Part shown: positions 41,732 through 52,083 of the stretch, one piece after another
How positions within the stretch are numbered: the first letter of the stretch is position 1
How the letters are laid out: every line of letters begins with the position of its first letter
DNA from: an uncultured delta proteobacterium
Lineage (GTDB): Bacteria > Myxococcota_A > Polyangia > Haliangiales > Haliangiaceae
DNA length: 64,000 bases
Direction: 5' to 3'
NCBI GenBank assembly: GCA_963848295.1
Contig: CAWKDB010000010.1
Span: forward strand, 2,432,001 to 2,496,000
The notes under the pieces: generated by a model
The model's input: the letters and a program-made list of their open reading frames with translations, nothing else
The model's database searches: none
Told to the model about the DNA's origin: nothing
Program-made: the position numbers and the translations under genes

Positions 41732-42865
41732 ATGGCGTCCGAGCTACCCCTCGAGCTTCTCCACCGTCTGCCGAAGACCGACCTGCACTGTCATCTCGAC
41801 GGTTCGGTCCGTCTCGACACCGTGCTCGACCTCGCGAGCCGGCACTCGATCAAGCTGCCCACGTTCGATCGCGCCGGCTTGTTCAAGATGCTGTTCGCGG
41901 GCGAGCACGTGACGTCGCTCGACGACTACCTGCGCGGGTTCGACATCACGCTCAGCGTGATGCAGACCGAAGACGCGCTCGAGCGCGTCGCGTACGAGCT
42001 CGCCGAAGACGCCCATCGCGAGAACGTGCGCTACCTCGAGGTGCGTTACTCGCCGCTGCTTCACCTGCGCGACGGGTTGCGACCGGCGCAAGTCGTCGAG
42101 GCCGTGCTGCGAGGCTTGCGCGCCGCGAAGCGCGAGCTCGGCATTCGCTACGGCTTGATCCTGTGCGCGATCCGCTCGCTCGGACCGGAGTCGTCGCTGC
42201 GCATCGCCGAGCTGTGCGTCGCGTTCAAGAACCGCGGCGTCGTCGGCTTCGATCTCGCGGGGAGCGAGGTCAACAACCCGGCGAAGGTGCATCGCCAGGC
42301 GTTCCAGCTCGTGATCGACAACAACATCAACTGCACCGCGCATGCCGGCGAGTCGTTCGGGCCCGACTCGGTCCATCAGGCGATCCACAAGTGCGGCGCG
42401 CATCGCATCGGCCACGGCACGCGCTTGGTCGAGAGCGGCGACTTGCTCAACTACGTCAACGACCACCGCATCCCGCTCGAGGTCTGCCCGTCGAGCAACT
42501 TGCAGACCCGCGCCGCGACGAGCTGGGAGACCCATCCGGTCGATTTCTTCGTCGACTACGGCCTGCGCGTGACGATCAACACCGACAACCGGCTGATGTC
42601 GGACACGACCGTCACGAAAGAGCTGCACCTGTGCCACCTGCACTACGGCTGGTCGCTCCACACGATCAAAGAGATCATCATCGCGGGCTTCAAGAGCGCG
42701 TTCATGCCGTACCGCGAGAAGGCCGACCTCGTCGCCGAGGTCAGCCGCGAGCTGGCGACCTACGATGACCCGCGCGGCGAGGTCACAGGTCGCGTCGGTC
42801 TAGTCGAGAGCGAGGCGCCGACGAGCGCGCCGCCCGCGCCGCCGAAGCCGAAGCTCGTGTCGTAG
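41732..42865 (+). CDS. add: Adenosine deaminase
   Basis: LPKTDLHCHLDGS; GFDLAG; HAGE; RIGHG; EVCPSSN; NTDN. Confidence 0.93.
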   Translation: MASELPLELLHRLPKTDLHCHLDGSVRLDTVLDLASRHSIKLPTFDRAGLFKMLFAGEHVTSLDDYLRGFDITLSVMQTEDALERVAYELAEDAHRENVRYLEVRYSPLLHLRDGLRPAQVVEAVLRGLRAAKRELGIRYGLILCAIRSLGPESSLRIAELCVAFKNRGVVGFDLAGSEVNNPAKVHRQAFQLVIDNNINCTAHAGESFGPDSVHQAIHKCGAHRIGHGTRLVESGDLLNYVNDHRIPLEVCPSSNLQTRAATSWETHPVDFFVDYGLRVTINTDNRLMSDTTVTKELHLCHLHYGWSLHTIKEIIIAGFKSAFMPYREKADLVAEVSRELATYDDPRGEVTGRVGLVESEAPTSAPPAPPKPKLVS

Positions 42866-42886
42866 CGCTCAGGGCATCGCGACCGC

Positions 42887-43747
42887 TCACTGGGTCACGA
42901 ACGTGTAGTCGAGCGGCGCGAGCATATTGCCCGATGCGTCGGTTATCGCGCTCGACAACGTGTACTCGATGGTCGCGGCCGCCGGGAAGGCAGCGGTCGG
43001 CGTGAAGCGGTACAGCGCGTACGGGTCGGCGATGACGAACGAGACCGTGCCGTCGACCGGCGTGCCGTCCGCGGTGACGACCAGCGATGTCGTGTCGAGG
43101 TTCTCCACGATCTCGTCGAAGTAGAGATCGATCGTGGTGTCGTCGGGGATGTTCACATCGCCGTTGAGGGGCAGCTCGTCGACGAGGTGCGGCGCGACCG
43201 TGTCGGCCGCCGTGGTGAACGACCACGACGTCTGGACGATCGTGTAGCCGCTCGGCTCGAGCAACGCGGGAAACAGCGTCACCGTGTAATCCGTCGAGCC
43301 AGAGAGCTGGAGATACGCACCGACATCGATCGTCCCAGGTACGGCGGACTGGGTGTAGAGCACAGGTGTATCGCTCGCCGACATCAGCAACGCCGCGTTC
43401 GCGTCGGCCGCAGCAACCGGAACATCGAACGTCACGGACAGCTGCGCGTCGACCGGGACGTCGAGCTGGAGGTTCGTCGGCGTGAACCCCTCGATGTTCG
43501 CGACCGGCAACGGCGGCGCATCGACGAGGACCAGGACGTCCTGACCGACATCATCCTCGGTGAACCCGCCATCGATCGCGGTTTCGCACTCCGCACCCGC
43601 GCCGTCGAGGTGACAGCGATTGTCGTCGGCGGAGCACGTGTAGTTGTCGGGGCACGACCCGGCCAAGCCGCACACGAAGCCGCAGGCCGGCTGCGGCGTT
43701 CGGTAGCAGCCCGCGACCACGAGGAGCAGGCACGCGAACCTAGCCAT
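42887..43747 (-). CDS. Lipoprotein with Cys-rich N-terminus and two Ig-like (Big_5-type) domains
   Basis: LVVAGC lipobox; CPDNYTC; SWSFTTAADTVAP; ITDASGN. Confidence 0.7.
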   Translation of the reverse strand: MARFACLLLVVAGCYRTPQPACGFVCGLAGSCPDNYTCSADDNRCHLDGAGAECETAIDGGFTEDDVGQDVLVLVDAPPLPVANIEGFTPTNLQLDVPVDAQLSVTFDVPVAAADANAALLMSASDTPVLYTQSAVPGTIDVGAYLQLSGSTDYTVTLFPALLEPSGYTIVQTSWSFTTAADTVAPHLVDELPLNGDVNIPDDTTIDLYFDEIVENLDTTSLVVTADGTPVDGTVSFVIADPYALYRFTPTAAFPAAATIEYTLSSAITDASGNMLAPLDYTFVTQ

Positions 43748-43765
43748 CTCATCGACGCTAGCACG

Positions 43766-44128
43766 CTAAGGCAGCGTGAGCTGGAGCTGGTGCTCGAGCT
43801 CGCCGGTGTCGCCGTCGACGGTGACGTCGAGCACGATCGTCGGTGGCCGCTCGCCTGCGAAGCGCGCCACGATCATCGGCGTATCGTCGGCGCCGTCGAT
43901 CGTCGCGGTGTCATCGAGCAACGTCCAGTGGAACGTCAGCGTCGCGCTTGGATCGTCGATATCGGCGGATGCCGAGCCGTCGATCGTCACCGGCGTTTGC
44001 TGGCCGTCACCTTGCGGGATCGCGGTCGGCGTCGTGGCAATTCGCGCCACGGGAGCCCGGTCCGGCGACGCCGCGCAGCCAGCAGCGACGGCGAACGCGA
44101 ACGTCACGGTGGTGCTGAGCCTCGGCAC
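43766..44128 (-). CDS. Small PKD-like lipoprotein
   Basis: VAAGC; APVARI...VTIDGSASADID...LTFHW. Confidence 0.6.
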   Translation of the reverse strand: MPRLSTTVTFAFAVAAGCAASPDRAPVARIATTPTAIPQGDGQQTPVTIDGSASADIDDPSATLTFHWTLLDDTATIDGADDTPMIVARFAGERPPTIVLDVTVDGDTGELEHQLQLTLP

Positions 44129-44154
44129 GGTCGGTGGTGTACCATCGTGGTTAG

Positions 44155-44941
44155 ATGGAGGCCAAGCTCGACCGCGAGCGGTTACGCGCGATCGTCGAGC
44201 CGCATTGGCGCCGGCTGTACAACTTCGTGTTCCGGCTCACGCTCGATCGCGAGCGCTGCGAGCGTTACGTCGGCGATATCTTCGCAGTCGCGATCGGCAA
44301 GATCGCCGAGCTGCCGGCGACCGAAAGCGACGCGCTCGTCTGGTTGCTCGGTATCGCGAACGAGCTGCTCGAGGATCGGCTGCCTCGGCAGCCCGAGGTC
44401 AACTTCGACATCCTCGACGAGACCTTGCGCAGCGAAGCGACGCGCACCGACGTCGTGCGCTCGCTCAGCGATCCGCAGCGCGACTTGCTGCTGTGGGAGC
44501 TCAAGCAAGGTTGCATGACGTCGGTCATCAACTGCTTGCCGCCCGGGCGAGCGCGCCGCGTTCGTCGTGTGCCACGTGTTGAAGCTGCCCGACGATCAAG
44601 CGGCGAAGAGCCTCGCGATCACGGAGAGCGCGTACAAGGTCCGGCTGTCTCGCGCGCGCAAGAAGGTCGGCGACTACCTCGCGCCGCGCTGCGAGCACGT
44701 CAATCCGAATAATCCGTGTCGCTGCCCGGCGCGCGTCGGCACCGCGCTGCACAAAGGCTTCATCGGCCCGATCGGCCGCGAAGTCTCGCTGCGCAAGCCG
44801 GAGCCGTACGGTCGCTACGGCACCGGCATCGGCAACGACGACGCTCCGATGCGCGACATCGCCGCGATCTACGGCAGCTTGCCCGAGCCCGATCCGCCCG
44901 AGGATTTTGCGGCGAAGATCGTCGACCAGCTCGGCAGCTAG
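44155..44941 (+). CDS. ECF sigma factor with Cys-rich C-terminal extension (frameshift near 44548)
   Basis: LYNFVFRL; WLLGIAN; region 4 AYKVRLSRARKKV; CEHVNPNNPCRC. Confidence 0.75.
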
Positions 44942-45150
44942 GGCCGGATCACCGCGCAAAGCAAGACATCCCGCCCAAGACGCGGCGGTTCGTGTTCCAT
45001 CGCGACGGCGGTACGTGCGTCGTCCAGGCTGTCGCTCGAAGCGGTTCCTCGATGTCCATCACATCATCGCGCGCGCCGACGGCGGCAGCCACGATGCCGA
45101 GAACTTGGTCGTGATGATGCAGCCTGCATCACCGCGAGCTGCATGCAGGG
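44942..45150 (+). pseudogene. HNH endonuclease domain fragment without start or own stop
   Basis: Joined frames read QDIPPKTRRFVFHRDGGTCVV.GCRSKRFLDVHHIIARADGGSHDAENLVV..SLHHRELH. Confidence 0.8.
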
Positions 45151-46065
45151 CTAGCGATACGCGCACGGCCGGGCCGCGATCGCCTCGGCGGCCGCGCGAT
45201 CGGCAGGCACAGCTTCGGCGAAGCTCGTCGCGAGATCGCGAATCGCGTCGACCGTCATGTGATCGCGGCACATCGCGACCTGCGCGGCGTTACCGAGCGC
45301 GGCGAGCTCGAGCGCCGCGGCGTCGCGCGCGGGCTGCGCCTTGCTCGCGATGCGGGCGATCTCGAGCCAGCGCGCCGCGGGTGGAATCGACTCGCGCGGC
45401 CAGCCGAAGTACGCCGCGGCGAGCGCGATCGCCGGAACCGCGCCTCGATCGGCCCTTGCGTAGCCGGCGCACAGCCTGATCACTTCGTCCGGGTCGCCGA
45501 TCGTGCGGCCGGCTTCGATCATGCGCCTGCATGGTGTGAGCGGATCCGGCGGCTGCGAAGCTGTACGGTCGATCTGATCTGCGTCATCCATCCTCCCGGC
45601 TCCGCGATACTCGGCCGCGACCAGACCGGCGAGGTCCGCCTCGACGCGCGGTTCCCCGTGCAGCGCCGTCGCAACCGCCGCGGCGGGTTCGTTCGCGAGC
45701 ACCGCGGCTAGCAGGATCTGGTGCGGCGCGGTGGCGTGAGCGCAACGCGCCTCGGCTGCGAGCGCGAGCGCGAAGCTGTGATGACCGGCGTCGCACAGGG
45801 CCTGCTCGCACGGGTCACGTTCGTCCGACGCGAGCAGCGTCGTCCGCGCGCAATGCTCCACCGCGCGCGCTGCCGCGAGCTCGACTGGCACGGCCTCGGC
45901 CGCGACGGGCGGCCCGGCGAACGTGAACGCCGCGGTCAGCTCCGGCCGCGGCGCGAGCTCGAGTGGAAACAGGCGTTGCACCTGGGGATCGGGCGACCCA
46001 GGCGTCGCCGGCTTCAGCGCCGGGGCCGAGCTGCACGCGACCAACATCAGCACCACGCCGCGCAT
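45151..46065 (-). CDS. Hypothetical Ala-rich lipoprotein
   Basis: MRGVVLMLVAC lipobox; 304 aa. Confidence 0.55.
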   Translation of the reverse strand: MRGVVLMLVACSSAPALKPATPGSPDPQVQRLFPLELAPRPELTAAFTFAGPPVAAEAVPVELAAARAVEHCARTTLLASDERDPCEQALCDAGHHSFALALAAEARCAHATAPHQILLAAVLANEPAAAVATALHGEPRVEADLAGLVAAEYRGAGRMDDADQIDRTASQPPDPLTPCRRMIEAGRTIGDPDEVIRLCAGYARADRGAVPAIALAAAYFGWPRESIPPAARWLEIARIASKAQPARDAAALELAALGNAAQVAMCRDHMTVDAIRDLATSFAEAVPADRAAAEAIAARPCAYR

Positions 46066-46103
46066 GCCACCACGACACCACCTTCCCGCCCGCATTGCAG
46101 CCG

Positions 46104-47271
46104 TTACTTCGCCGCGGCGAACGCGCGCTCGAGGTCGCGCTGCAAGTCGACGAGATCTTCGATCCCGACCGACAGCCGGATAAAGCCGTCGACGATGCCG
46201 AGCGCGGCGCGGCGATCCGCCGGGATGCTCGCGTGCGTCATGATCGCGGGGTGCTCGACCAGCGACTCGACGCCACCGAGCGACTCGGCGAGCGTGAAGA
46301 TCCGGCAGGTCGACAAGAACCGGCGCGATGCGTCGAGCCCGCCCTTCAGCACGAAGCTGATCATCCCGCCGAACCCGCGTTGCTGCTGCTTCGCGAGCGC
46401 GTGCTGCGGATGCGATTCCAGGCCCGGGTAGTAGACACGCTCGACCTGCGGATGGCGCACGAGCCACTCGGCGAGCGCGCGCGCGTTGTGCTCGTGGCGA
46501 TCCATCCGGACGTGCAACGTCTTCGTGCCGCGCAACACCATGAAGCAGTCCATCGGCCCGAGCTGCGCACCGATCGCGTTCTGCAGAAACGCGACGCGAT
46601 CGCGGAGCTCGGCGTCCTTGAACACGAGGCAGCCGCCGACGACGTCGGAGTGGCCGTTCAAATACTTCGTCATCGAGTGGGCGGAGATATCGGCGCCGAG
46701 CTCGAGCGGCCGTTGCAGATACGGCGTCATGAACGTGTTGTCGACCGCGAGCAGCACGCCCTTGTGCTTGCACACCGCCGCGACCGCCGCGATGTCGCAC
46801 AGCTTCAACATCGGATTCGTCGGGGTCTCGATCCACACCAGCTTGGTCTTCGGCGTGATCGCCGCTTCGACCGCCGCGCCGCCCGCGGCGGGATCGACGT
46901 ACGTGAACTCGAAGCCGAGCCGGCGGAACACCTTGTCGAACAGGCGGAACGTGCCGCCGTACATGTCGTCGCACGCGACGATGTGGGTGCCGGCTGTCGA
47001 ACAGCGCGAGCAGCGTCGAGGTCGCGGCGAGCCCGGACGCGAAGCACAGCGCACCGGCGCCGCCTTCGAGCGCGGCGATGTTGTCCTGGAGCGCGAACCG
47101 CGTCTTGTTGTGCGTGCGCGAGTACTCGTAGCCCTTGTGCACGCCGGGCTCTGACTGCGCGTAGGTCGAGGTCATGTAGATCGGCGTCATCACCGCGCCG
47201 GTCACCGGATCCGGCTCTTGACCGGCGTGGATCGCTCTCGTTCCGAACCCGTCTTCGCCGTGCTTCGTCAT
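46104..47271 (-). CDS. metB: Cystathionine gamma-synthase/gamma-lyase (frameshift near 46995)
   Basis: TRAIHAGQEPDP; YSRTHN; ETPTNP; DNTF; HSMTKYLNGHSDV; AESLGGVESL; RLSVGIED. Confidence 0.85.
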
Positions 47272-47274
47272 GAG

Positions 47275-47763
47275 CTAGTCCTCGAATCGAAAGCTGTTCG
47301 GATCCTTTTCCATGATCCGCTCCATCGCGGCTTCTTCGAGCAAGTCGATCATCCGCTGACCGCCGTACTTCTTCATCAGCTTGTCGTCGTACTCGTCGGC
47401 GACGAGCGCGACGTCGCGCAGCGTGGCGTTGAGCTCTTCGGAGTCGAGCGTCGTGCCGCCCAGGATCGTGTGGGTGAACAACACGGTGTGCTCGCCCGGG
47501 TCCCACGCGAACGCACCGAATCGCAGGTGCGCGTTGAGCTCGAGCAGTTGCTTCGCGAGCGGGCCATCGACGTCGACGCCTTTGACCAGCTGCGACGTGC
47601 ACCGCACCATCGCGCGGTTGTCGCCCCACGGGACGACGCTGATCATCACGTAGGCCGAGCCTTGCTTGATGACGTACAGCGAGTCGTCGATCTTGCGATA
47701 CGCGGGGCTCGCTTGCAGGGTGCGCTCGATCAGGAGCGCCGTCGCAACCTCGGCGGGATTCAT
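47275..47763 (-). CDS. YbjN/type III chaperone-fold protein
   Basis: 162 aa; QGSAYVMI; LLELNAHLRFGAF; VALVADEYDDKL. Confidence 0.65.
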   Translation of the reverse strand: MNPAEVATALLIERTLQASPAYRKIDDSLYVIKQGSAYVMISVVPWGDNRAMVRCTSQLVKGVDVDGPLAKQLLELNAHLRFGAFAWDPGEHTVLFTHTILGGTTLDSEELNATLRDVALVADEYDDKLMKKYGGQRMIDLLEEAAMERIMEKDPNSFRFED

Positions 47764-47845
47764 GGCCCAGGTGTTAACACGGCTGCCACTTCGTGTGAGA
47801 GATCCCGCGCCCCTCCCCGACGGTGGGCGTGCGATAATCGCGGTC

Positions 47846-49207
47846 GTGCGGACGGTGGTACTCGCGCTCGCGTTCGTCGGCCTCATGGCCCGCGCAGCGG
47901 TCGCCGACGCGATCAAGCAGATCGTCGTCGAGGACAACACCAAGACCACGACCGACACGGTGCTGCTGATGGCGCGCGTCTCGGTCGGCGATGACTGGAA
48001 CGTCGACCTGGTCGAGCAGATCCGCGACCGCCTCGAGACGACCGGGCTGTTCCGCGACGTCCAGCGTGTTCTGGGATCCGGTCGAGGGCGGCGTGAAGCT
48101 CCACATCGTCGTCCAAGACAAGTTCTCGCGGCTCGTCGGCGCCGACGTTCTACGACCAGCCGACGAACAAGGGCGGTGGCGTCGGCTACGGCGACAACAA
48201 CCTCGGAGGCGTCGATCAGAAGCTGTTGCTCTACGCGCAGCTCGCGACCGGCGATTCGTTCTTTCTCGGCGTCTGGCAGATCCCATCGATCGGCGGCACG
48301 CACCTGTACGCGCAGATCGATACGTATCTGCGCGACTCGCGCGATCATCGAGTACGCCGAGCCCACGAAGTACATCGACAACCCGATCGCGGTGCGGCAA
48401 TCGCGGCTGATCTACCTCAACGGTGGCGTCCGCCTCGGCTACGAGATCGTCGCGCGGCATCAAGCTCGACACACGCTTGCGCGGCGCCTGGGTCGGCTAC
48501 GAGCATGTCGAGCTCGCCGACGGCGCCGGCATCAATGACGTCACTCCGGGCGGCGATCCGAACGCGCCGCTCGCGAAGCCGGGCAAGCAGGGCTGGGACG
48601 TCTCGAACGAGTGGGACTTCACGCTCGATCGCCGGATCGACTTCAACGGCGTGCAGAGCGGCTATCGCTACATGCTGACGTACGAGCGCGCGCTGCCCTC
48701 GCTCGGCTCGGACTTTCACTACTACTCGGTCGGGCTGTACACGGTCAACGCGATCAAGCTCCTCGAGCGCCACGACCTCGTGCTTCGCGGCTCGCTCAAC
48801 GTCGGCCACAACCTGCCGTTCCAGCAGGAGTTCACGACCGGAGGCACGGCGATGCGCGGCTGGCTCAACGATCAGTTCCGCGGCGACCTGAAGGTCGCGG
48901 CGACCGCGGAGTACTCGTTCCCGCTGTTCGGCATCGACCTCGGTGAGAAGCTCGGCACGCTGTCGCTGCGCGGCTTGGGCTTTTGGGACTCGCGCGTACA
49001 CGACGTTCATGTCGGCCGACAATCCCGACCGCAACTATCTGCCGAACGCAATGCCGCGCGGGCTCGCACCGTTCAAGAACTCGGTCGGCGTCGGCACGCG
49101 CTTCTACTCTGAGCGGCCTCGTGCTGCCACTCCTGGGTCTCGATTTTGGGTATGGTCTGGAAGCCGGTGACTTCCAGATCTACCTCGCGATCGGCCTCAC
49201 GACCTGA
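47846..49207 (+). CDS. Omp85/BamA-TamA family protein with one POTRA domain (several frameshifts)
   Basis: IKQIVVEDNTKT...RLETTGLFRDV; YGDNNLGG; GGTAMRGW...FRGD; GVGTRFY; C-terminal IYLAIGLTT. Confidence 0.7.
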
Positions 49208-49228
49208 TCGGCACTACGGCGGCTAGCA

Positions 49229-50950
49229 ATGCGGTTCTGTCCGTTTTGCAGCGCGGAGAATGCCGACGAGCTCGCCGTATGCCAGGCGTGCGGCCGACGC
49301 TTGCCGCCGTTGCCGCCGCGCCGTGCGCGCAACGCGCCGCCGACCGGCGTGCAGCTGCCGATCCGGCCTCCGACGTCGCCGACCAAGCCGCCCTCGCAGA
49401 TCAGGCCGCCGGTGCGCGACAGCGTCACCGCGATCTCGCCGCCGCCGCGCGAGGCGCCGCCGACGATCGTGTCGGCCCCGCCGCCGTCGAGCGCATCATC
49501 CGGGCCGCGGCGTGACAGTGCTCCGCGCCGTTGCCGCCGCCGCCCGAGGCGCCGGCTTTTCCACCGCCGCCCGCGACCGCCGCCGTGGGCCGACGCCGGC
49601 CGGCCAAGCGCTGCTCGATGCGTTGAGCCCGGCGCCGAGCGCCGCAGCGCCGGCCGCCCACCGCCGACGCCCGCACGCGGTCCCGACGATCCGGCGCGTC
49701 GCCGCTCCGATTCCGCCCCCCCGCCGACGCCGCGCCCCAAGCCCGCGTCGATCCCACCGCCGCTGCCGTTCGCGGCGCCGCCGCCGCTGCATTCGCCGGC
49801 CCGCCAGCCGCTGGATATCGCGCCGCTGCGCGTGACGAGCGATGGCGGCGAAGGACCACCGCCGACCCGCATCCATCGGCCAGAGGCGATGGTCGATCGG
49901 CCGTTCACGCCGCCGAAGGTGCTCGCGGTGCCGGAGATTCCCGAGCCCGGGCTCGTCAACGCCGCGAGGTACGCCGCGACGTTCTGGCGCGCGCGCTGGC
50001 AACGCCGCGGTGCGATCAAGCTGCTATGCGATCGAGATCAAGCAAGATACCGAGGCGCTCGATCAGGTGCTCGGCGCGCTCGGCCGCGCGGCGCGCGGCG
50101 CGCGAGTCGAGAGTCGGGTGTTCTCCGCGGAGAACTCCGCGATCAGCGCCGCCGAGGAGCGGATCGCGGCGCTCGCAGAAGGAGACCGCCGAGGTCGAAG
50201 GTCGCAAGGCCGAAGAGAACTCGAAGTTCGTCGACGTCGAGAGCGAGCGCAACACGAAGCTCGCCGACGCCGAGCGCGGGGTCGACGAAGCGCAGCGCGA
50301 GCTCGCGAACCTCGAAGGCCAGCGGCGCAGCCTGCGCGATAAACGCAAGGAGCTCGAGCGCCGCCAGAAGGCGTACCTGAAGACCGCGGAGGACCACGAC
50401 CGCCAGGCCGGTGGCGCGCAGATGGGCGATCAACGGCAAGAGCTGCGCCGGGCCGCCGAGGGCCATCGCCGCGAGGCCGCCGCGCTCGAGCCCGATCGCC
50501 AAGAGGTCGAACGCCGGGCCGCGGCACTCGAGCGGCCGATCGCCGAGGTCACGGCGACGCCTCGACGCCGCGAAGGCCGAGCTCGACGCGGCCAAGCGCA
50601 GCCTCAACGATGCGCGCGAAGGCCACACCCATCGCCTCGCCGAGCTCGACTCCGAACAGAAGCGCAAGGCCCGCGAGATCGGGCTGGCGGAGTCCGAGAT
50701 CTCGCGCCGGCTCGTGACGCTCGGCACGCTCGTCAACCTCAACCGAGTCGAAGACCCGCAATTCGCCGAGCTCTACCTGCGCATCGATCGGCTGCGCACC
50801 GCGATCACCGCGCGCACGACCGAGATCGAGAAGCTGACCGCCGAGCGCGAGGCGTACGATCGGGGCACGTTGTTCCGCGGCGCCGCGGCGATCGGTGGCG
50901 CGTTCGTCGCATTGATCGCGGTCATCGTCATCCTGCGCGCGATCCTGTGA
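49229..50950 (+). CDS. Zinc-ribbon / Pro-rich / coiled-coil protein with C-terminal TM (frameshifted)
   Basis: CPFC..CQAC; Pro-rich linker; long heptad region; hydrophobic C-terminus. Confidence 0.6.
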
Positions 50951-50973
50951 CCGTGTTAGCCTGCTGAGGAGTC

Positions 50974-52077
50974 GTGCCGAAGGTCTTGGTCTCGAACAAC
51001 AGCGAGTTGCTGCGGCACTTCACGGCGCCGCCGTTCCAGCGACTCGGGCTCGAGATCAGCGTCGCGAACACCGCCGACGAAGCGCGCGCGATGTTCCAGC
51101 GCGACGAGCCCGCGATCGTGATCCTCGATGCCGAGCTCGGTGACGGCGCCGGGCTCGACGTCGCACGCACGATCAAGCACAAGAACCCGTCGACCCGCGT
51201 GATCGTCGTCGCGAACAAACGCCTCGACGGCGATCAGATGCGCGAGATCACCGCGTGCGGCTGCGACGAGATCCTGATCGCGCCGATGACCGCGGACGAG
51301 CTGCACGACGTCATCGCGCTCCAACTCGGCGAGCCGCGGCCCGGCACCGAGGGATTCGCGCTCACGATCGAGCTCGGCGGCAAGAAGGTCGACGCCACGG
51401 TGTCGAACCTCTCGATCGATGGCGTGCGGCTCGTGCTCGCCGAACCGGTCGGCGAAGGCCAGCCGGTCGCGGTGACCGTGACTCCGGCCGGCGAGCAACC
51501 CGTGACGATTCGCGGCACCGCGGTCTGGGCACAGCCCCGCGACGGCAAGACCGTGATCGGCGTGGCGTTCGATACGCTGAACGATCAGGCGCGCGCGGTG
51601 CTCGCGAAGCTCACGCAATGGCAGGTCGTCAAGGACGGCGACCGCACGCGCGTCGTGTTGCGCGGCGACTTCACCGAGGCGACCCGGTTCGACGAGCTGC
51701 TGCCAGCGATGGTCGGCCGCGTCGTGTTCGACACAGCGCAGGTGACCTACATGAACTCGCTCGGCGTGCGCGCGTGGTGCGAGTTCCTGCGCCAAGCGCG
51801 AATTCAGGGCTACGAGTTCCACGCGTGCTCGGTGCCGTTCATCCTGCAAGCGTCGATGGTGCGCGACGTGATCGGCCGCGGCACGGTGACCTCGTTCTTC
51901 GCGCCGTTCCACTGCATCACGTGCGATCACCAAGAGGAGCGCCTGCTGCAGAGCGCCGCGATCCTCGCATCTGCGCTCGAACCGCCGACGTTCAAGTGCC
52001 CGAGCTGCGGCGGCGCGCTCGAGTTCGACGATCTGCCCGAGCGCTACTTCGCGTTTCTCGCGGAAGATCCGGACTAG
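50974..52077 (+). CDS. Atypical receiver-PilZ-STAS-zinc-finger protein
   Basis: ILDAELGDGAGLDV (REC); NLSIDG...VWA...IGVAF (PilZ); YMNSLGV (STAS); CITC...CPSC. Confidence 0.7.
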   Translation: MPKVLVSNNSELLRHFTAPPFQRLGLEISVANTADEARAMFQRDEPAIVILDAELGDGAGLDVARTIKHKNPSTRVIVVANKRLDGDQMREITACGCDEILIAPMTADELHDVIALQLGEPRPGTEGFALTIELGGKKVDATVSNLSIDGVRLVLAEPVGEGQPVAVTVTPAGEQPVTIRGTAVWAQPRDGKTVIGVAFDTLNDQARAVLAKLTQWQVVKDGDRTRVVLRGDFTEATRFDELLPAMVGRVVFDTAQVTYMNSLGVRAWCEFLRQARIQGYEFHACSVPFILQASMVRDVIGRGTVTSFFAPFHCITCDHQEERLLQSAAILASALEPPTFKCPSCGGALEFDDLPERYFAFLAEDPD

Positions 52078-52083
52078 GGCGGC

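Noticed and set aside
45151..47271. 706-aa ORF fusing the metB N-terminus to a lipoprotein
   Set aside because: Frameshift artefact; the two genes have their own motifs, starts and stops
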